A DNA stretch of 64,000 bases from an uncultured Verrucomicrobiae bacterium. Its GTDB lineage: Bacteria > Verrucomicrobiota > Verrucomicrobiia > Chthoniobacterales > Terrimicrobiaceae. The stretch is taken from contig CAVPOC010000003.1 in assembly GCA_963706955.1 (NCBI GenBank), positions 352,001 to 416,000 of the forward strand. The letters are read 5' to 3'. Shown here piece by piece: positions 59,097 to 64,000 of this stretch (position 1 is the first letter of the stretch; each line of letters opens with the position of its first letter). The position numbers were made by a program, and so were the translations under genes. Under the pieces are notes generated by a model that was given only the letters and a program-made list of their open reading frames with translations, made no database searches and had not been told where the DNA came from.

Positions 59097-59470
59097 TGGA
59101 CCAAAGCATGAAGAACACGTCGCTCACAAAGTCACTTCCCGCGTTGCTTGCACTCACCGGCGGAGCGATGCTCGCGACCAGCGAAAAGACCGAAGCCGCG
59201 AACACCACCGGCCAAAGCACATCACACCTCGACGCACTGGAAGTCCGTATCAAGAATGTCCAGGAAAAACTTGCCAACCAGCAGCCTGGCCTCTCCTTTG
59301 ACGAGCGGACCTCCGAGGACGGTCTCACTACATTCTGGTGGGGCAATTGGCGCAACGGCGGATGGGGTCCGGGAATGTGGCACAATTGGGGCAACGGAGG
59401 CTGGCGCAACTGGGGCAATGGCTGGGGCAACGGTGGCTGGCACAATTGGCACAATTGGGGTAACTGGTAA
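59096..59470 (+). CDS. RiPP precursor peptide, GrrA/OscA-like (triceptide), with ten W-x-N motifs
   Basis: Signal-like N-terminus and leader, then the core FWWGNWRNGGWGPGMWHNWGNGGWRNWGNGWGNGGWHNWHNWGNW; directly upstream of a radical SAM gene. Alternative ATG at 59108. Confidence 0.88.
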   Translation: MDQSMKNTSLTKSLPALLALTGGAMLATSEKTEAANTTGQSTSHLDALEVRIKNVQEKLANQQPGLSFDERTSEDGLTTFWWGNWRNGGWGPGMWHNWGNGGWRNWGNGWGNGGWHNWHNWGNW

Positions 59471-59516
59471 GCCCCTCTCGAACCTCCCTGAAGGTTGTCA
59501 GGAGAGCGCGAATCCG

Positions 59517-60680
59517 CTGGAAGCAAACGGCGGATTCTTCAAGTCGTCGGAAATCGAACCGTGGGCGACGCTCCTGGTCCTCCAAGCCTCACCGTTCTGC
59601 AACATCAACTGCGACTATTGTTACCTACCGAATCGGACATCGACGCGCCGCATGAGCATGCCGGTCCTCGCATCGGCGATCGAGAAAACCTACGCGTCCG
59701 ACCTGGTTCGGGGCGAATTGACGATCATCTGGCATGCTGGGGAACCATTGGCAGTGCCTATCGCGTGGTACGAAGAAGCACTCGCAACCATATCGCTGAC
59801 CGCTCCGAGTGGGGCGAACATCGTTCATTCCATTCAGTCCAACGGCACCTTGCTGAACCAAGCATGGTGCGACTTTATCCGGAGCCATGACATTCGTATG
59901 GGCCTCAGTATCGACGGTCCGGATTTTCTTCACGATGTGCACCGCAAGACCAGGCGGGGCGACGGCAGCCACCGCTTGGCCATGCGCGGTCTGCAACTGC
60001 TGAAGGACAACGACATCCCCTTCCACGTCATCGCCGTGATTACCGGCGAGGCCCTTGGTTACGCCCAGGAGATCTACGACTTCTTCGAGGCCGCGGGTGT
60101 CGAGCGTCTGGGCTTCAATATCGAAGAAGTTGAGGCGGAGCACGGCGTTTCCACTCTTGGCTCCGGACACGAAGAAAGTGTGCGCGAGTTCTATCAGACC
60201 ATCTTCGAAAATCAGAAAAGACGCCGAAGCATCACCATTCGTGAATTCGCGGCAGCAGAGCAAAAGATCCGCTCGGGCATCTCTCTGCGGGAATTTGATT
60301 TCCCGTGGTTCAATGAACAGGTGCGTCCATTTGGGATCATCAGTGTCGATTGGCAGGGAAATTTTTCCACGTACTCGCCGGAGCTTCTTGGGATGTCGCT
60401 CGAGCCCTACGGTGAGTTCTCTTTTGGGAACGTCCTCCGCGACCATTTCGCGGATGCGCTGGAAACTCCAAAGTTCCGCCAGGTGCTGGTGGACATTCAG
60501 ACCGGGATCAAACGATGCGCCGAGACTTGCCCATATTACGGATACTGCGGAGCAGGCGCCCCGGCGAATAAGTATTATGAGAATGGCTCGTTTGCGTCCA
60601 CACAGACCCTCTATTGCCGCTATTCGGTGCAAATGCCGCTCGATGTCGTCTTGAATGATATGGAGACGGCTTTGAGCTAA
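59517..60680 (+). CDS. GrrM/OscB-like cyclophane-forming radical SAM/SPASM peptide maturase
   Basis: LQASPFCNINCDYCYLP (CxxxCxxC), WHAGEPL, QSNGTL, SIDGP, FNIEE, FSTYSPEL and C-terminal CAETCPYYGYCGAGAPANK...TLYC. Start uncertain (CTG 59517, or ATG 59418 inside the precursor). Confidence 0.9.
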   Translation: MEANGGFFKSSEIEPWATLLVLQASPFCNINCDYCYLPNRTSTRRMSMPVLASAIEKTYASDLVRGELTIIWHAGEPLAVPIAWYEEALATISLTAPSGANIVHSIQSNGTLLNQAWCDFIRSHDIRMGLSIDGPDFLHDVHRKTRRGDGSHRLAMRGLQLLKDNDIPFHVIAVITGEALGYAQEIYDFFEAAGVERLGFNIEEVEAEHGVSTLGSGHEESVREFYQTIFENQKRRRSITIREFAAAEQKIRSGISLREFDFPWFNEQVRPFGIISVDWQGNFSTYSPELLGMSLEPYGEFSFGNVLRDHFADALETPKFRQVLVDIQTGIKRCAETCPYYGYCGAGAPANKYYENGSFASTQTLYCRYSVQMPLDVVLNDMETALS

Positions 60681-60780
60681 GCCACCTGAGGCAGGTTGCG
60701 GAAAACCGACGAGCAGGCTGCTCTATCAGGCGCTTTTGCCTCGTTGCCCTTCGACAACATGTTAAATTAGGGAGCGTCGT

Positions 60781-63348
60781 ATGAGTCCTGAAAAATTCAC
60801 TGCCAAGATGCAAGAGGCCTTCAACGCCTCTCTGGACCTGGCCTCAAAAGCGAATCATTCTGAAATTTCCACCGAGCACTTTCTGCTGGCTCTGCTCAGG
60901 CAAGGGGATGGTCTCGCTCGGCCGCTGCTCGAGGGTTTGGGAATAAATCCGACTCAACTCGAAAAGCAGCTCGAAGCCGAGCTCTCCCGACGCGCAACCG
61001 TGCACGGCGGCGCGTCCCCGCACCTGGGCGCAGATCTTCGCAAGACGATCGATGCCGCGGAGGGCGAGATGTCCAAGCTTAAGGACGAATTTCTCAGCGC
61101 CGAACACTTCCTGCTCGCGGTGCTGAACTCTGGAACTCCTGCGGCGGCGATGCTCAAGAATGCAGGCATCAACCCGCAGAAGCTCATGCAGAGCTTGCAG
61201 AGCATCCGCGGCAACCAGCGCGTGACCGATCAGGACCCAGAAGGCAAATACCAGACTTTGGAAAAGTATGGCCGCGATCTCACCGAGCTAGCTCGTAAGG
61301 GAAAGATCGATCCGGTGATCGGCCGCGACAATGAAATCCGACGGACCATGCAGGTCCTCTCCCGTCGGACCAAAAACAACCCAGTCCTCATCGGGGAGCC
61401 AGGCGTTGGCAAGACTGCCATCGTCGAGGGACTCGCCCGACGCATTGTCGCCGGCGACGTGCCCGAATCCCTCAAGAACAAACGCATCATCGCGATGGAC
61501 ATCGGCGCCATGATCGCCGGCGCCAAGTTCCGCGGCGAGTTCGAGGACAGGCTGAAGGCCTTCCTGAAAGAGGTGACCGCCTCTGGGGGCAAGATCATCC
61601 TCTTTATCGACGAGCTCCATACCATCGTCGGCGCGGGCGCAGCCGAAGGTTCCGCGGATGCTTCAAATATGCTCAAACCCCAGCTCGCTCGCGGCGAACT
61701 GCACACCATCGGCGCCACCACGCTCGACGAATATCGCAAATACATCGAAAAGGACGCTGCCCTCGAGCGACGCTTCCAACCAGTCATGGTCGAGGAGCCA
61801 AGCGTGGAGGATACCATCGCCATCCTGCGCGGCCTCAAGGAACGTTATGAAGTGCATCATGGCGTTCGCATCCAGGATGCCGCTCTGATCGCGGCCGCCA
61901 CGCTCTCCCATCGCTACATCAGCGATCGATTTCTGCCAGACAAGGCCGTCGACCTCGTCGACGAAGCTGCCTCGCGCTTAAAGATCGAACTTGATTCGAT
62001 GCCCACCGAGATCGACCAGCTCGAACGCCAGATCATGCAACTCGAGATGGAAAAACAGGCGCTCAAGAAAGAACGGGACAACGCTAGCAAGGAGCGTCTC
62101 TCCAAGCTGGAGAAGGAGCTCGCCGATCTCAAAGAGCAGTCGAGCCGGCTCAAGGCGCAATGGCAGAAAGAAAAAGAGGAAATTACCAAATCGCAGAAAT
62201 TCGGCGAACAAATCGATCAGCTCAGAACCGAACTCGAGCAGGCGCAAAGAAGAGGAGATCTCCACCGCGCTTCGGAAATCCAATATGGGAAAATCCCGGA
62301 GCTGCAAAAGGAGCTGGATGACTTGAAAAGCAAGGAAACGGCCGGCAGCCATATCCTCCTCAAAGAGGAAGTCACCGAAGAGGACATTGCCAAGGTCGTC
62401 TCCAGCTGGACTGGCATTCCCGTGTCCCGCCTCCAGGAAGGCGAACGCCACAAGCTCGTCAAAATGGAAGAAAGGCTGATGGAGCGTGTCGTCGGCCAGG
62501 AACGGGCCATTCGCGCCGTCTCCAACGCGGTCCGCCGTGCCCGGGCGGGACTACAAGACGAAAATCGTCCGATCGGTTCCTTCATGTTCCTTGGACCGAC
62601 CGGGGTCGGAAAAACGGAACTCTCCAAGGCATTGGCCGAATTTCTCTTCGATGACGAGCGGGCCATGATCCGAATCGATATGAGCGAGTACATGGAGAAA
62701 CACACCGTGGCGCGACTCATCGGCGCACCCCCAGGCTATGTTGGCTACGAAGAGGGCGGGCAACTTAGCGAAGCCGTTCGTCGCCGACCCTATTCTGTCG
62801 TGCTCTTCGACGAGATCGAAAAAGCGCATCACGACGTCTTCAATGTCTTGCTCCAGGTGCTTGATGATGGGCGAATCACCGACGGCCAAGGCCGAACCGT
62901 TGATTTCAAGAATACGGTGATCATCATGACCTCAAACATCGGCAGCCAATATATCATGGAAGACCTCCCGAAGGAGGAGCGGGACCGCCGCGTCACCGAA
63001 GCGTTGCGAGCACATTTCCGTCCCGAGTTCCTCAATCGGATCGATGAGATCATCATCTTCGACCGTCTGGATGATCGACAGATCACCAAGATCGTCGACT
63101 TCCAACTCAAGCGGCTCCTTCAGCGCCTCGGTGATAGAAAGATCAGCTTGGAGCTCTCCGATGACGCCAAACGATTCCTGGTCAAGGAGGGTTATGATCC
63201 CGCTTACGGTGCCCGCCCCCTCAGGCGTGTCATCCAAAGAGAAATCCTCGACCCGCTAAGTCTGGAGATCCTCGACGGCAAGTTTCAGGAGGGAGATCGG
63301 ATCAACGTCCACGCCGCCGACGGCCATCTCACCTTCAAGAAGACTTGA
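60781..63348 (+). CDS. clpB: ATP-dependent chaperone ClpB
   Basis: Clp N-domain, GEPGVGKT (NBD1), long coiled-coil M-domain, GPTGVGKT (NBD2), GAPPGYVGY and GARPLRR motifs. Confidence 0.97.
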   Translation: MSPEKFTAKMQEAFNASLDLASKANHSEISTEHFLLALLRQGDGLARPLLEGLGINPTQLEKQLEAELSRRATVHGGASPHLGADLRKTIDAAEGEMSKLKDEFLSAEHFLLAVLNSGTPAAAMLKNAGINPQKLMQSLQSIRGNQRVTDQDPEGKYQTLEKYGRDLTELARKGKIDPVIGRDNEIRRTMQVLSRRTKNNPVLIGEPGVGKTAIVEGLARRIVAGDVPESLKNKRIIAMDIGAMIAGAKFRGEFEDRLKAFLKEVTASGGKIILFIDELHTIVGAGAAEGSADASNMLKPQLARGELHTIGATTLDEYRKYIEKDAALERRFQPVMVEEPSVEDTIAILRGLKERYEVHHGVRIQDAALIAAATLSHRYISDRFLPDKAVDLVDEAASRLKIELDSMPTEIDQLERQIMQLEMEKQALKKERDNASKERLSKLEKELADLKEQSSRLKAQWQKEKEEITKSQKFGEQIDQLRTELEQAQRRGDLHRASEIQYGKIPELQKELDDLKSKETAGSHILLKEEVTEEDIAKVVSSWTGIPVSRLQEGERHKLVKMEERLMERVVGQERAIRAVSNAVRRARAGLQDENRPIGSFMFLGPTGVGKTELSKALAEFLFDDERAMIRIDMSEYMEKHTVARLIGAPPGYVGYEEGGQLSEAVRRRPYSVVLFDEIEKAHHDVFNVLLQVLDDGRITDGQGRTVDFKNTVIIMTSNIGSQYIMEDLPKEERDRRVTEALRAHFRPEFLNRIDEIIIFDRLDDRQITKIVDFQLKRLLQRLGDRKISLELSDDAKRFLVKEGYDPAYGARPLRRVIQREILDPLSLEILDGKFQEGDRINVHAADGHLTFKKT

Positions 63349-63397
63349 TTTCGGCAGAAACGCACCACCGTTTTCTGCCAAACTTTCCCAACTTTTT

Positions 63398-63428
63398 CTC
63401 TTGCTTAGGACTAGCAAGAGTTTATTTT
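63398..63428 (+). terminator. Putative intrinsic terminator after clpB
   Basis: CTCTTGCT-N7-AGCAAGAG stem followed by TTTATTTT; overlaps a possible TTGCTT-N16-TATTTT promoter. Confidence 0.5.
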
Positions 63429-63462
63429 CTCACTTCCCGCACGATTGTCGGGGAACTGGCGG

Positions 63463-63485
63463 AAGCACCTGAGCGTGCTTTTTTT
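63463..63485 (+). terminator. Terminator-like hairpin in the rpsJ leader
   Basis: AAGCAC-CTGAGC-GTGCTT followed by a T tract. Confidence 0.5.
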
Positions 63486-63639
63486 GTCCCCATATTCCGG
63501 CGGAATGCACCGAGACAATGATAGGACCACATCCATGCACGATGGCAGCGCTCCAAAAAGCGGCGGTCCGTCTTTGTCGTCGAAAGCGAATCTCTTAAGA
63601 CTACAAAAAGGGTAAACCCTCAACCGTTCTTTATAAAAA

Positions 63640-63957
63640 ATGTCAACTCCCGCCGGCCAACGCATACGCATCCGCCTGAAGGCCTTTGATTATCGCATCT
63701 TGGATGCTTCGGCCGCCGAGATCGTCGAGACGGCCAAGCGCACCGGCTCGAAGGTAACCGGGCCGATTCCGCTGCCGACCCGCATCGAGAAGTTTACCGT
63801 TAATCGCTCCCCGCACGTCGACAAGAAGGCGATGGATCAATTTGAGATCCGCACGCACAAGCGACTGCTGGATATCGTGGAGCCAACCGCCAAAACCGTT
63901 GATGAACTTCGCAAGCTCAATCTGCCCGCCGGAGTCGACATCACCATCAAGATCTAG
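63640..63957 (+). CDS. rpsJ: 30S ribosomal protein S10
   Basis: [34 protein letters not shown] and LPAGVDI motifs. Confidence 0.98.
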   Translation: MSTPAGQRIRIRLKAFDYRILDASAAEIVETAKRTGSKVTGPIPLPTRIEKFTVNRSPHVDKKAMDQFEIRTHKRLLDIVEPTAKTVDELRKLNLPAGVDITIKI

Positions 63958-63959
63958 CC

Positions 63960-64000
63960 ATGAGCATAGGACTTTTAGGCAAGAAACTGGGAATGACCCG
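63960..64000 (+). CDS. rplC: 50S ribosomal protein L3, N-terminal fragment (runs off the window)
   Basis: ATG 63960 gives MSIGLLGKKLGMT, the typical L3 start, directly after rpsJ. Confidence 0.85.
   Translation, partial: MSIGLLGKKLGMT

Noticed and set aside
59148..59470. N-terminal part of the 510-aa rSAM ORF, including GATGA/GTIG repeats
   Set aside because: These repeats are the +1 reading of the precursor's W-x-N codons, not a separate domain. The start ambiguity is reported as a finding.
59333..59470. Short nucleotide repeats as a possible CRISPR array or VNTR
   Set aside because: The units are 9-nt codon-level repeats with no unique spacers and no cas genes nearby; the peptide sequence explains them.
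63398..63420. Inverted repeat near clpB as a CIRCE/HrcA operator
   Set aside because: It does not match TTAGCACTC-N9-GAGTGCTAA and lies downstream of clpB, not upstream.

Overview
This 64 kb window is mostly core genome from a GC-rich bacterium. Gene order (kdsB-pyrG, a LysM gene inside the dcw cluster, a murC-murB fusion, dapL, a divergent FtsZ) suggests a PVC-group organism, probably Verrucomicrobiota; this is inferred, not searched. From start to end it holds a phoH/7TM-HD/ybeY operon, LPS-core and nucleotide genes (hldA, gmhB, kdsB, pyrG, aroB), ftsK-rodZ-like-rimO, manA, a Liv-type ABC transporter, larB/GNAT/mutL and assorted housekeeping genes. These are followed by the full dcw cluster (mraZ to ftsZ, with a +1 frameshift in murE), a small accessory islet, clpB and the start of the S10 operon. 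The standout feature is a compact RiPP locus in the islet at about 58.8-60.7 kb. It encodes a precursor with a signal-peptide-like N-terminus and a core of ten W-x-N motifs, followed by a GrrM/OscB-like (triceptide, cyclophane-forming) radical SAM enzyme. No protease or transporter is nearby, and the enzyme has no clean start codon of its own. Other notable items are a MutL whose endonuclease metal ligands are replaced, an FtsZ with a degenerate T7 loop, an AEP-primase-like hypothetical protein, several REP/REPIN-like intergenic repeat families and a structured S10 leader. No tRNA, rRNA, CRISPR array or transposase was recognised.
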